Source of the DNA: a bacterium
GTDB lineage: Bacteria > Hinthialibacterota > Hinthialibacteria > Hinthialibacterales > Hinthialibacteraceae
Direction: 5' to 3'
DNA: 64,000 nucleotides
NCBI GenBank assembly: GCA_963663405.2
Contig: CAXXSM010000022.1
Coordinates: forward strand, 99,785-163,784
Shown here: one piece after another, positions 48,200 to 58,474 of the stretch
Layout: each line of letters starts with the position of its first letter
How positions within the stretch are numbered: position 1 is the stretch's first letter
The notes under the pieces: generated by a model
The model's database searches: none
What the model saw: the letters and a program-made list of their open reading frames with translations, nothing else
Told to the model about the DNA's origin: nothing
Program-made: the position numbers and the translations under genes

Positions 48200-48826
48200 T
48201 TATTTCCAAGGTTTATCATCCACAATGCTCACTTCCCGCGCAGGCTCTCCGCCCTGGAACGCGTAGATATCTCCCTGGCTATAAAGGCCGTTACTCACTT
48301 CAAAACGAAGCACACGGCCCGTATACGGATAACTCATCGCGCCCTGGGTATCATCACCCGCCAATCCCCCCAATCCCTCTTGGTCAAACGCCGAATCCGG
48401 GCCGATGGAGTTCAGCATCCAATCATCGAAAGGATAGTTGTTAAATGAATCGGTCCCGTGATTGCCTGTGCATAATTCATAGAGCGACAAGGTCGTTCCT
48501 GGATCCTGGTCACCGGGAACGACGAATTTCGCTTTGAATGGATCGTGCAACGAGGAGGAATTAATGTAGGTTACAGGTGACGTCAAACCGATCCACCCGC
48601 TTGGCCGCCGCTGAAATCCACGCCAACCGTCGTGTGGATAGGAATTGTTATCCACCCGATACGCCTCCAGCGCGGTGCGTGTCCCTTGAAACTCCGCCTG
48701 TACACGAGCGAGTTTCGCGCGGGTTTGCGCCTGCAGAAAATTCGGCACGGCGATCGCGGCCAGAATCCCGATAATGGCTACGACGATCAGAAGTTCTATC
48801 AAGGTAAACCCCATTCGTTCTCTCAT
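48200..48826 (-). CDS. Prepilin-type N-terminal cleavage/methylation protein (GspG-like pseudopilin)
   Basis: G|FTLIELLIVVAIIGILAAIAVPNF; YRVDNNSYP; DPF; SIGPD. Confidence 0.9.
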   Translation of the reverse strand: MRERMGFTLIELLIVVAIIGILAAIAVPNFLQAQTRAKLARVQAEFQGTRTALEAYRVDNNSYPHDGWRGFQRRPSGWIGLTSPVTYINSSSLHDPFKAKFVVPGDQDPGTTLSLYELCTGNHGTDSFNNYPFDDWMLNSIGPDSAFDQEGLGGLAGDDTQGAMSYPYTGRVLRFEVSNGLYSQGDIYAFQGGEPAREVSIVDDKPWK

Positions 48827-49074
48827 GGCTGCTTCCCCTTTGTTTGAAATCGAACTTCATCCACCTTCGATTGTACAGAAAATTGGTTGGCTTCTCAATA
48901 GACTCTCTTATATTCTGTTTTTGTAGTTTGATTGTTTCCCTTCTGCAAAAAAACTATGAAATCGTTACGGGATGAAGGATTCAACCGTAGAATAAACAAC
49001 ATATTGCTTTATAATATAAAGTGATTTATCGTAGTCGGTTAGCAGGTTGGTTGTCCCGCGAATTGTGGTCAACA

Positions 49075-49119
49075 TTTGTCAGAATCGGGATATTCAGGAT
49101 TTAATGGATGAACAGGATA
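49075..49119. repeat. Half copy of 9-nt-period GGAT element
   Basis: TTTGTCAGAATCG then GGAT at 49088, 49097, 49106 and 49115. Confidence 0.65.
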
Positions 49120-49145
49120 ACGTCTCTCACGAAAACAAAAATACT

Positions 49146-49889
49146 ATGCTCAACTTTCTAGACCGTATTCAATTCTTAAATATTAAAATTTGGGATTTTA
49201 GTTTCCGCAGCCTGATCCGCGTTTATGGTAGAGAATTCATGACGAAAATCATCCTGCGGCATCCGATCAAAACCATCAAAGGAATCCAGCATTACAGAAA
49301 CTCTCCCGGTACACATATTGGTGTGAATCGATCATTCAATTCCGAATCAAACGCGGATCTTTCGATCACCGGCGTGGGCTTTTGCTTAAAACCACTCGAT
49401 CCCCCCTGTGTATCGGGCCGGGCCAATCACGACTGTCTCTTTTTTGAACGCAACCTGCATCTGACGAATCAAGTTATTCCCTGCTGTGAAGAGTGCCGTA
49501 TCCAAAAAATCGGGCGGCTCGCATTCGCGGCGGGGCATAGTTTTTATATAATGACCTCGGCTAGGGATATTTTACACGATGTTTTTTTGCCGGCGTTGAA
49601 TAAGCGACAGTATTCGAAGGGTATTTTCGCTTTATGCCGGTACTCCTTTGAACCATTCAAACTCGCCTTGTCCATCGCCCGGATCGAGGCGGACCTGATC
49701 CCCTACGAGCGGGGGGATTGCGCCGATTACCATACATGGCTGCTGGCGGATGATGGGATCAAGGAGGAACGAACCGAATTGAGCGCGGATAATCTCAACA
49801 CAATCGAACAATTGATACAACAATCCACGACAACGGACTCGGTTCCTAATCGGTTCAATAAAATTGGGAATCTATTCTATCCACAATGA
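49146..49889 (+). CDS. Cys-rich hypothetical protein, DUF116-like
   Basis: FCLKP..C....HDC...CCEECRI...ALC pattern; start uncertain. Confidence 0.5.
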   Translation: MLNFLDRIQFLNIKIWDFSFRSLIRVYGREFMTKIILRHPIKTIKGIQHYRNSPGTHIGVNRSFNSESNADLSITGVGFCLKPLDPPCVSGRANHDCLFFERNLHLTNQVIPCCEECRIQKIGRLAFAAGHSFYIMTSARDILHDVFLPALNKRQYSKGIFALCRYSFEPFKLALSIARIEADLIPYERGDCADYHTWLLADDGIKEERTELSADNLNTIEQLIQQSTTTDSVPNRFNKIGNLFYPQ

Positions 49890-50629
49890 TCGAATTCATT
49901 TTAACGCGATGGACGTTTCCATCTCTAATATACTGGATCACCGTGTTCCCAGTGGGGATTCTTCTAGGTGGTTTGGCCGGATGGTTCGCGGGTTGGATCA
50001 AAGAGCGCTTTGATCTGCATGTCGGCTATTCAAGGAAAATCTTCCATTTCATCATTTTCACGCTGGCTGGGATTACTGGATTGATGGGCGGATTTAAGGC
50101 TGTCCAAGTGTTCGGCGCTTCACTCGTGTTTATAGTCGGCTATGCGTATCTAAAAGGTGATGACAGCCGATTTTTTCGAGCCATCGCCCGCCCGTCCGAC
50201 GCGCCGTATCAAAAGTTTTATATCGCCACCCCCTTTCTCATGACGGCGCTGGGAGGAATGATCAGCAATATCTTATTCGGTCCCTACGCCGTCATTGGTT
50301 ATATTACCACCGGCTGGGGTGACGCGGTCGCCGAACCCGCCGGTACACGCTGGGGCAGACATAAGTACCGCGTTCCCACATTGACGGGAATCAAAGCGTA
50401 CCGCAGCGTCGAAGGCAGCGCCGCTGTATTCACCGCCTCGTTCCTGGGTTGTGGATTGTTTCTATTCGCTGGTTTTCATCTCCCAATTGGAACCGCTCTC
50501 GCCGCTGCGGCGCTTACCGCTCTTACAGCCACACTAGTGGAAGCGGTGACATTTCACAGCCTTGATAACTTGACCATCCAAATCAGCGCTTCTGGCATAT
50601 GCCTTTTGCTCGTAGAATACCTTCTATAA
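49886..50629 (+). CDS. Dolichol/phytol kinase-like (CTP-dependent) membrane protein
   Basis: RKIFH, GWGDAVA..G..WG, RSVEGS, LDNL; ATGA overlap with upstream gene. Confidence 0.8.
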   Translation: MIEFILTRWTFPSLIYWITVFPVGILLGGLAGWFAGWIKERFDLHVGYSRKIFHFIIFTLAGITGLMGGFKAVQVFGASLVFIVGYAYLKGDDSRFFRAIARPSDAPYQKFYIATPFLMTALGGMISNILFGPYAVIGYITTGWGDAVAEPAGTRWGRHKYRVPTLTGIKAYRSVEGSAAVFTASFLGCGLFLFAGFHLPIGTALAAAALTALTATLVEAVTFHSLDNLTIQISASGICLLLVEYLL

Positions 50630-50697
50630 CGCTTGATTCATCAACAAACTCAAAGCATGTAAATCTCATTCTAATCACCCATTCGAAGGGATGCGTA

Positions 50698-51450
50698 ATG
50701 CGGTATAAACTCATCAGCTGTGAAATCTTCTTTCGTGAGATCTGCGCGGCGGCGGCGCGGTCAGAGCATGTTCTCGATATCGAATTTCTCCCCAAAGGAT
50801 TGCACGATCTCGGTCAGGAAAAGATGCTGCGGTATTTGGAGGATGTTCTGAGTAAGGTGGACGAATCTTGCTATGAAGCCATTCTCCTGGGCTATGGTCT
50901 CTGCAACAACGGCGTCGCAGGACTGCGCGCAAAAACGATCCCCCTCGTCATTCCCCGCGCTCACGATTGCATTACTCTATTTTTAGGAAGCAAGGAGCGC
51001 TATCTCGATTATTTCAACAAACATCCCGGTGTGTATTATTTCACGACGGGCTGGCTCGAACGCGGCGAGGACACCAGCGAAATCCACACCCAATCGATCC
51101 AACACATCCAAGGTTTGGATATGACCTATGAGGAGCTAGTGGAGAAATACGGCAAAGAGAACGCAGACTATCTTTACAAGGAACTGGGTGATTTAACCCG
51201 TAACTATACCGGAGCGACGTTCATCGAAATGGGAATCGAACGTGACGATCGGTTTGAACAAAGAACCAAAGAAATCGCATCCGAACAAGGCTGGGCCTTC
51301 CAAAAAATCCAAGGTGATATGGGCCTCATCCAACGATTCCTCGATGGAGATTGGAACGACGAAGATTTTTTGATCGTCCCTCCCGGCCATCAAATCAAAC
51401 CGAAACATGACGGACAGATCATGACCTTGGAGATGATCGACACGGACTAA
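50698..51450 (+). CDS. DUF1638 domain protein
   Basis: [34 protein letters not shown]. Confidence 0.85.
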   Translation: MRYKLISCEIFFREICAAAARSEHVLDIEFLPKGLHDLGQEKMLRYLEDVLSKVDESCYEAILLGYGLCNNGVAGLRAKTIPLVIPRAHDCITLFLGSKERYLDYFNKHPGVYYFTTGWLERGEDTSEIHTQSIQHIQGLDMTYEELVEKYGKENADYLYKELGDLTRNYTGATFIEMGIERDDRFEQRTKEIASEQGWAFQKIQGDMGLIQRFLDGDWNDEDFLIVPPGHQIKPKHDGQIMTLEMIDTD

Positions 51451-52178
51451 CCCACCGCCGGAACCGGCAGCCCTCCAAATCGGCGTTCCCGGCGGTGGAA
51501 CTGCGCGACCGCCGCGTTGAAATCCTCCGCGTTGAAATCTGGCCACATCCGGTCTGTAAACACCAGTTCGGCGTACGCGCTCTCCCAAAGCAGGAAATCA
51601 CTCAACCGCTTCTCACCGCCTGTGCGGATCAATAAATCCACATCGGGTGAATTCGATCCATCATGATTCGCGTCCGCCAGGGCGGCGGCGAATGTCTCCC
51701 GCACCGCATCCATCCCCGCATTCCAGCGAGACGCGGCGCGCACAATGGAATCCCGCGCGGAATAATCAATCGCGATCCGCAGACAGAGTTTTTCTCCATC
51801 CGCCGTCACCTTCTCCATCGCTTCCATCGCCGTGCGCAGGGGAAGCGAGAGGCGGTCACGCCGGCCGATCGCGTGAAAGCGGATTCCATTCATGACGCAA
51901 CGCTCTTTTTCCGCATGAAGATACTCGTAAAACGACTGCATTAAAAAATCGACTTCGCTCGCAGGACGAGTCCAGTTATCGCTTGAAAACGCATAGAGCG
52001 TCAGCGTTGTGACACCGAAATCCGGCGCGCATTCCACCACCCGCCGTACCGCTTTCGCGCCTTCCCGGTGCCCCTCACGCCGGGGCAAACCCCGGCGGAC
52101 CGCCCAACGGCCGTTTCCATCCATAATAATGGCCACATGAAAAGGTCTCGATTGATCTTTCAATAAAGTACTTTGCAT
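51447..52178 (-). CDS. uppS: Undecaprenyl/isoprenyl diphosphate synthase (cis-prenyltransferase)
   Basis: [46 protein letters not shown]; GGAGG RBS. Confidence 0.92.
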   Translation of the reverse strand: MQSTLLKDQSRPFHVAIIMDGNGRWAVRRGLPRREGHREGAKAVRRVVECAPDFGVTTLTLYAFSSDNWTRPASEVDFLMQSFYEYLHAEKERCVMNGIRFHAIGRRDRLSLPLRTAMEAMEKVTADGEKLCLRIAIDYSARDSIVRAASRWNAGMDAVRETFAAALADANHDGSNSPDVDLLIRTGGEKRLSDFLLWESAYAELVFTDRMWPDFNAEDFNAAVAQFHRRERRFGGLPVPAVG

Positions 52179-52186
52179 AATAAAGT
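52165..52186. promoter_or_regulatory. Putative operator overlapping the uppS start codon
   Basis: AAAGTACTTT palindrome plus ACTTT-N7-AAAGT; related copy at 53238-53259. Confidence 0.6.
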
Positions 52187-52206
52187 CCTCCGGCAAAAAA
52201 ATAAAC

Positions 52207-52599
52207 TCAATTCCGCATCGCTTGAATTAACGTCTCCATATGCTCTAAGTAACGCTCAAATGCCCGTTTTCCCTTGGCGGATAAACGGAATTCGGTTTTG
52301 GGAACCCGGCCGTCAAAGGTTTTTTTACACAAAATATAATCCGCTTCCTCCAGTTTTCGCGCGTGAACGCTGAGATTGCCGTCCGATGTATTCAGAATTT
52401 TCTTGAGATCTTTGAAACTGAGCGATTCATTGACGGCCAACGCGCTGATAATCCCCAGCCGGATCCGCTCGTGAATCAACCGGTCCAATTTCGTGGGATC
52501 GGATTTCGACATGAGATTATGCACGACCCGTAGTTTGTTGGATTCCGCAGGTGTTTCTTTACTGTCTTGTTTTCTGAGAGCGTTTGGTTTAGCCACCAT
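52207..52599 (-). CDS. Winged-helix (HTH_34, MarR/ArsR-like) transcriptional regulator
   Basis: [13 protein letters not shown]...[15 protein letters not shown]...G..AF..Y. Confidence 0.9.
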   Translation of the reverse strand: MVAKPNALRKQDSKETPAESNKLRVVHNLMSKSDPTKLDRLIHERIRLGIISALAVNESLSFKDLKKILNTSDGNLSVHARKLEEADYILCKKTFDGRVPKTEFRLSAKGKRAFERYLEHMETLIQAMRN

Positions 52600-53203
52600 A
52601 CCTCCAAGCGATTACACAACCAAATAAAATATGCGTCCCACCAAATCCCACGGCGAGGAACACGTTACCCCACGATGCGGGAGCGAAAAGCGCGGCTACG
52701 CCAAGGCCGATAAAACAATAGCCCATCATCTGGATGACCCGCACGGAAAATACACCTCCCGTCACGACTCCCACACCATACAGCAACATCCACAATCCAG
52801 GGAGCGACGCGGCCAATCCATTTTGATACAACACAACAGTCAACGGAATCGCAGCCAGGATGGGGATGCACAAATTCAGCATGAATTTCCCACCGGCGCC
52901 GGTAAAGATCGCCGCGTCCGCGGCGTTGGCTTTCCGTTTCATTGTTACGAATCCAATCGAGACGGCGAACACCGCTTCAATCATCCAAACCACAAGCCAC
53001 GTCTCAATCGCTGTGCAAAAAAAAGCGATCGAGGCCGCCACCAGCGCCGTGCTTCCCATGACGGTCATGCCCCAGCCGGGAACAGCGGTAAACGAAGCGG
53101 ACCGTTCCATCATATCCCGGATAAAACGAATATTATTCATCGCGCTGGTATGCAGCGCGGGTGGTTCCGTTCGCTGAGCCGAGTAATTACGATTCGCAAC
53201 CAT
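52589..53203 (-). CDS. Conserved multi-TM membrane protein
   Basis: NIRFIRDMMERS start motif, ~6 TM helices, GFGGTHILFG. Confidence 0.8.
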   Translation of the reverse strand: MVANRNYSAQRTEPPALHTSAMNNIRFIRDMMERSASFTAVPGWGMTVMGSTALVAASIAFFCTAIETWLVVWMIEAVFAVSIGFVTMKRKANAADAAIFTGAGGKFMLNLCIPILAAIPLTVVLYQNGLAASLPGLWMLLYGVGVVTGGVFSVRVIQMMGYCFIGLGVAALFAPASWGNVFLAVGFGGTHILFGCVIAWRYGG

Positions 53204-53210
53204 AATAGGT

Positions 53211-53259
53211 AGTTTATCCTATAAACTCAGAAGTCACAAGTACTTTATTTTTTAAAAGC
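53211..53259 (-). promoter_or_regulatory. Putative sigma-70 promoter with operator abutting the -35 box
   Basis: TTGTGA-N17-TAAACT on the - strand, 7 nt before ATG 53203; AAGTACTTT-N7-AAAAG at 53238-53258. Confidence 0.5.
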
Positions 53260-53287
53260 TAAAATGGGCCATATCATACAATAATCG

Positions 53288-53385
53288 TTTATCTGAATCA
53301 CGGATTTTATGGATAAGACACGGTGGACACGGATTCTTTTTCCGTGAAATCCACGTTCTTCTAAGCCCTCCGTGATTCAAACAAA
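53288..53385. repeat. Inverted-repeat GGAT element (degenerate)
   Basis: TTTATCTGAATCACGGA ... TCCGTGATTCAAACAAA arms. Confidence 0.65.
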
Positions 53386-53444
53386 AAGCCGGGCGCCGAA
53401 GGCAAATACCGACGCTTTCATCGGAGCCATCACTTCATTCTACT

Positions 53445-53485
53445 GGGTACCCAAGGCAAGGCTTTATTCTGCCTTGGCATGCTAC
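53445..53485. repeat. Repeat family A, copy 4 (inverted, partial)
   Basis: GGGTACCCAAGGCAAGGC..CTGCCTTGGC..GCTAC. Confidence 0.55.
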
Positions 53486-53553
53486 CACACAAGTATGAAA
53501 TGAAGCGATAGTTTTCTTATTCTCAAAGAGGCGTCCTACTGACAGGAATTTCA

Positions 53554-54459
53554 TTATTTCAAATGCTCCTCAAAAAACACCGTCACCCGATCGAGAATCT
53601 CTCGATTCGTGGGCTGGGTTTTCTCGTTCCATCCGCCGTGCCCTCCACCTTTGACCGTGATGAATTCGACATCGACCTCCGCCTTCTTCAATGCGTCATA
53701 CAGTAAAACCGACTGGTTGTGTGGAACTAAGGGATCTTTGTCCCCATGCGCGATCAGGAATGGAGGATCGTCTGGGGTCACATAAGTAATCGGATCAATC
53801 GATCGAACGCGGTCTGGATGTTCGCTGACTTTGCCTCCAATGACAAGCGATTCGGGAGAATCCGATGCGCCATGATCCATCTGGCTGGGATACTCGCACA
53901 TTTTTAAAAAGTTTGTAGGACCGAAATAGTCAACCACCGCCTGCACGCGGCTGGATTGGTCTCCCCAGCCTCCTTCACCTTCCAATTCCTTCACACCACC
54001 CGATGTACCCAACATCGCCACAAGGTGCCCCCCGGCCGAACTACCCCATACGCCGATCTTATCCGGATCGAGATTGTATTTTTTTGCGTGCGCTCGCAAA
54101 TACCGGATCGCCGCTTTGCAATCATGAATCTGCGCGGGCCAGATCGCTTCCTGACTGAGCCGGTAATTAATGCTGGCGGTCAAATAACCCAACGCAGTGA
54201 ACCGCATCGCGGGATTGCGGTCTTTGTTACCCGCGAGCCACGCTCCGCCGTGTATCCATACGATAACGGGCCGGGGAGTATCGCTTTCCTCCTGGGGATA
54301 GGCGATATCCATCTTCAATTCTTTACCATCCACCGTTGAATAGACAACATCGCGGACCACTTTCACATTTTCTGGAATGGGCCGTTCCCCCGCCTGAGAA
54401 AACGGCGCCAATACTGCGAATCCAAATAGAATTAAAATACAAATCCATCTCATTCTCAT
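53554..54459 (-). CDS. Secreted alpha/beta hydrolase (BD-FAE-like esterase)
   Basis: IHGGAW, GSSAGGHL, HGDKDPLVP, GGGHG. Confidence 0.9.
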   Translation of the reverse strand: MRMRWICILILFGFAVLAPFSQAGERPIPENVKVVRDVVYSTVDGKELKMDIAYPQEESDTPRPVIVWIHGGAWLAGNKDRNPAMRFTALGYLTASINYRLSQEAIWPAQIHDCKAAIRYLRAHAKKYNLDPDKIGVWGSSAGGHLVAMLGTSGGVKELEGEGGWGDQSSRVQAVVDYFGPTNFLKMCEYPSQMDHGASDSPESLVIGGKVSEHPDRVRSIDPITYVTPDDPPFLIAHGDKDPLVPHNQSVLLYDALKKAEVDVEFITVKGGGHGGWNEKTQPTNREILDRVTVFFEEHLK

Positions 54460-54676
54460 GCTCAGAACCTCCCACTTAAAACATTCTATTTGTTTTTCCA
54501 TTTTTAACGGCCAAATCTAAATCTACGTAACATATAACTAATGTCTACTTTAACAGGAAATGTAAACAATTTATATCTGAAAGATCGTAGAAAACCACCT
54601 TTAACCTTCCACCACCAACCGAAAAAACTATAAACTTATACCATTGCGGAAATCGAAATAAGGAAAGGAATCTTTC

Positions 54677-57109
54677 ATGCCGTACAAGCGAATGCTCTCT
54701 CATTTCATCAGCGTGGTCTTTTTCTTCACCGCCGCTTCATTTCTTATGGCGGAGGAATCCACGGAAACAACCGGTCCGGTCATTCAGGGCGCAGACACTC
54801 CACCGGAAGGTGAATGGATTCTTTGGTATCAGCAACCAGCGTCACAATGGGTGGAAGCGCTCCCCATTGGCAATGGCCGGCTTGGAGCGATGGTATTCGG
54901 CGGCATAGAGCGGGAACGCATTCAGTTGAATGACGACACCCTTTGGGATGGATATCCCCGCGACCGCATAAATCCCAAGGGCATTGAAGCGCTCCCGAAA
55001 ATTCGCCAGCTGCTCTTTGAAGGCAAAAACAAGGAAGCGGAACAACTCGCCGGGGAAACCATGATGGGGATTCCGGAACGTATTCAATCCTATCAATCCC
55101 TGGGAGACCTGAACCTGGAAATGAAACCGGCGCAAACGATCACCGGCTATCAACGTTCTCTCGATCTCGACCGCGCCGTCGTCACTACGAGTTATACAGC
55201 GGATGGCGTTCAATACAAGCGCGAAGTGTTCTCCTCCACCCCCCATCAAGTGATTGTAATGAGAATCACGGCGGATAAACCCGGCTCGATTTCGACTTCC
55301 ATCTCCATGACAAGAGAACAAGACGCCCAATGTTTCAGCCTGGGCAAAACCGATCTCGTTCTTCGCGGTCAGATCAACACAAAACATCACGAAACAGGTG
55401 AAATCGTTGGTATGAAATTCGAAGCCCACCTGCGGGTTTTAGCCGAGGGAGGAAAAATCCATAACCAAAGCGGCGTTTTCAAAATCGAAGACGCCGATGA
55501 GGTGGTTCTCCTATTATCGTCAGGCACAAACTACCGGGGAGGGGATCCAAAAAAGAATTGTCTCGACACACTCAATCAAGCGCAAAAGATTTCATACGCC
55601 GCGCTGCTTAGTAAACACATCGCTGAACACCAAAGCTGGTTCCGGCGGGTGGCCATCAATCTGGGCCCGAATGCGCAGCCTACTTTTCCAACGGACAAGC
55701 GGCTCCAAGCGGTGAAAGACGGCGCGCATGATCCCCAGTTGATGGCCCTCTATTTCCAATTCGGCCGCTACTTGCTGATCGCCTGTTCCCGACCGGGTTG
55801 CATGCCCGCCAACCTCCAAGGTTTATGGAACGAGCATATGAACGCCCCCTGGAATAGCGATTATCACACCAATATCAATTTACAGATGAACTACTGGCCG
55901 GCGGAAGTCTGCAACCTCGCCGAATGTCATACTCCCTTGTTTGACTATATGGAATCACTGGTCGAATCTGGATCGAAGACCGCGAAAGAACTCTATGGTT
56001 GTAATGGATGGGTCGTGCATCATCTCTCTGATGTTTGGGGATTCACCGTCCCAGCGGATGGCGTTTGGGGCATCTGGCCAGTCGGCGCGGCGTGGCTTTG
56101 TCAGCACGCTTACGAACATTATCTCTTTAGCGGAGACAAAGAGTTTCTCGCCAAACGCGCCTATCCGTTAATGAAAGGCGCCGCGCAGTTTATGCTCGAT
56201 TTTCTCGTGGAAGATCCAAATGGGCGCCTCGTGACCAATCCATCTCACTCGCCCGAGAATTCATTTCTTAAAGCCGATGGGACGAAATCGATGTTCACCT
56301 ACGGCGCAACGATGGACCTGGAAATCATATACGATCTATTTACTCACTGCATCGAAGCGTCAAAAATTCTTGGAATCGATGAATCGTTTCGGGAAGAGCT
56401 CAGCACAGCGCTGACAAATTTAGCGCCACTTCAGATCAGTGATTCGGGACGGCTCCAAGAATGGATCGAAGATTACAAAGAACCGGAGCCGGGCCACCGC
56501 CACATGTCACATCTCTTCGGTCTACATCCGGGCAATATGATCAAATTGCGTGAAACCCCCAAACTGGCGGAAGCCGTTAGAAAATCGCTTGAATACCGCC
56601 TTTCCCACGGTGGTGGACATACAGGATGGAGCCGCGCTTGGATGATTAACTTCTGGGCGCGCTTGGAAGAAGCGGAGAAAGCCTATGAAAATCTCCATGC
56701 GCTTCTCGCGAAATCCACGCTCCCGAATCTCTTTGACAATCATCCCCCCTTCCAGATTGATGGCAATTTTGGTGGAACCGCCGCCATCGCCGAAATGCTC
56801 ATTCAAAGCCACGCGGGTGAAGTCAGCGTCCTCCCCGCTCTACCCAAAGCCTGGCCCAACGGCTCGGTGAAAGGCCTGCGCGCGCGGGGCGGATACACAG
56901 TCGATTGCAAATGGGAAAATGGGAAGACAACCGGGATTACGCTGCGCTCATCTCTCAAAGACACTTGCATTTTGCGTGTCAGAAACGGTGAGCGAATCAA
57001 AGCCATCACCGTCGGGGATAAGAACATTGATTTCGAATCCACAGCGGATCCATCAGCCGTGATTTTCCCAGTCGAAGCGGATACAACCTATACAATTACC
57101 TTTCAATAA
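54677..57109 (+). CDS. GH95 alpha-L-fucosidase-like glycoside hydrolase
   Basis: [56 protein letters not shown]. Confidence 0.95.
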   Translation: MPYKRMLSHFISVVFFFTAASFLMAEESTETTGPVIQGADTPPEGEWILWYQQPASQWVEALPIGNGRLGAMVFGGIERERIQLNDDTLWDGYPRDRINPKGIEALPKIRQLLFEGKNKEAEQLAGETMMGIPERIQSYQSLGDLNLEMKPAQTITGYQRSLDLDRAVVTTSYTADGVQYKREVFSSTPHQVIVMRITADKPGSISTSISMTREQDAQCFSLGKTDLVLRGQINTKHHETGEIVGMKFEAHLRVLAEGGKIHNQSGVFKIEDADEVVLLLSSGTNYRGGDPKKNCLDTLNQAQKISYAALLSKHIAEHQSWFRRVAINLGPNAQPTFPTDKRLQAVKDGAHDPQLMALYFQFGRYLLIACSRPGCMPANLQGLWNEHMNAPWNSDYHTNINLQMNYWPAEVCNLAECHTPLFDYMESLVESGSKTAKELYGCNGWVVHHLSDVWGFTVPADGVWGIWPVGAAWLCQHAYEHYLFSGDKEFLAKRAYPLMKGAAQFMLDFLVEDPNGRLVTNPSHSPENSFLKADGTKSMFTYGATMDLEIIYDLFTHCIEASKILGIDESFREELSTALTNLAPLQISDSGRLQEWIEDYKEPEPGHRHMSHLFGLHPGNMIKLRETPKLAEAVRKSLEYRLSHGGGHTGWSRAWMINFWARLEEAEKAYENLHALLAKSTLPNLFDNHPPFQIDGNFGGTAAIAEMLIQSHAGEVSVLPALPKAWPNGSVKGLRARGGYTVDCKWENGKTTGITLRSSLKDTCILRVRNGERIKAITVGDKNIDFESTADPSAVIFPVEADTTYTITFQ

Positions 57110-57179
57110 TGCGCAGAATTTTTGATATGCCATTATATTGATTAATGATGGAGCGAAATGAATGTGATTGGAGATTCGG

Positions 57180-58283
57180 ATGAAAACAACAATCAAATAC
57201 ATCATTCCATTCTTTCTGTTTGTTTTGAATGTCAATTGTGATTCAGCGGAGAAGGAACTCAGCGAACCGGAGAAGAATTTTGAAGTTTTGTGGAAGGCTT
57301 TTGAAGATAACTATTCGTTATTCGACGCAAAACATGTGAATTGGCATGCGATTTACAAAGTCTACAGGCCTCAAATTACTCCTGAAACAACTGACGATGA
57401 TTTGTTTGAAACCATGGTAACGATGTTGAAGCATTTGAATGATAATCATGTTCATTTGCGGTCGCGTAATCCCGAACGGCAAAACAGCGCAGGTTATCTA
57501 GCGCAATATGTTGAAGAATTTGGAAAAAAAGACTTTGATGAAATGATGTCGAAAAAACCGGTTCCGGAATCCTATTTTGTCAAAAAACCAGAATCGAAAT
57601 TCAATGATCGTTTTTCTTTTGGCTGGCTGCCTGACAATATTGGATATTTTCATTTCAATGGATTTGGCAATGTAGAAAAAAGCGCTGAAGCGGTCGATGA
57701 GATTCTCGATAATTTCAAAACCGCCCGCGCGGTTATTATCGATGTTCGCCGAAATGGTGGAGGTGATGACGCTGTGGGGAAAGCAATTGCGGACCGTTTC
57801 GCTGACCAGAAAAGGCTGTACATGATAACAAAAGTGCGAAAAGGCCCTGGATACAGCGATTTTCTTCCCCCTAAATATTGGTATGTCGAACCCGATGGGC
57901 CTTTTCAATTTACAAAATCGGTCATTTTATTGATTGATCGTACATCCATCAGCGCGTCTGATAATTTTACTTTAGCGATGAGAGTCCTTCCCCATGTTAC
58001 AATCGTAGGAGATTCAACTTCAGGGTGTAACGCCGACTCGAAAAGAGTCATGCTTCCTAACGGCTGGACTTGTACGATTCCATTCAACCTGTTTCTTGAT
58101 CAAAATGGATTTTGCTGGGAAGGAATCGGTATCCCACCTGATATTCGTCAAATTAATTCCAAAGAAGATATCAAGAACGGAAAAGACCGCGTAGTTGAAC
58201 TCGCGATTTCATTGATTCAATCCGGTGAATTGAAAGCTTCTCCGCGAAAAAAACAAACAATTGACGCCACATATAGTAATTAA
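57180..58283 (+). CDS. S41 family peptidase
   Basis: NFEVLW..F...Y, LNDNH, IIDVRRNGGG, SISASD, EGIGIPPD. Confidence 0.88.
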   Translation: MKTTIKYIIPFFLFVLNVNCDSAEKELSEPEKNFEVLWKAFEDNYSLFDAKHVNWHAIYKVYRPQITPETTDDDLFETMVTMLKHLNDNHVHLRSRNPERQNSAGYLAQYVEEFGKKDFDEMMSKKPVPESYFVKKPESKFNDRFSFGWLPDNIGYFHFNGFGNVEKSAEAVDEILDNFKTARAVIIDVRRNGGGDDAVGKAIADRFADQKRLYMITKVRKGPGYSDFLPPKYWYVEPDGPFQFTKSVILLIDRTSISASDNFTLAMRVLPHVTIVGDSTSGCNADSKRVMLPNGWTCTIPFNLFLDQNGFCWEGIGIPPDIRQINSKEDIKNGKDRVVELAISLIQSGELKASPRKKQTIDATYSN

Positions 58284-58474
58284 ATCCTATCAATCATGAT
58301 TTTCAGTAGTAGAAACAGTATTTGATTGTAACATCGCTCTACTCCCCTTTTCTATATAAATATATTATACACCAACATCATTCTTGACTTTTCCTCCCAA
58401 ATCCTGTATCCACAAGACAGAGCCAATACTTTCAAGAGTAAATAAATCTATTGCTTAATAAGGAAAATAAATCC

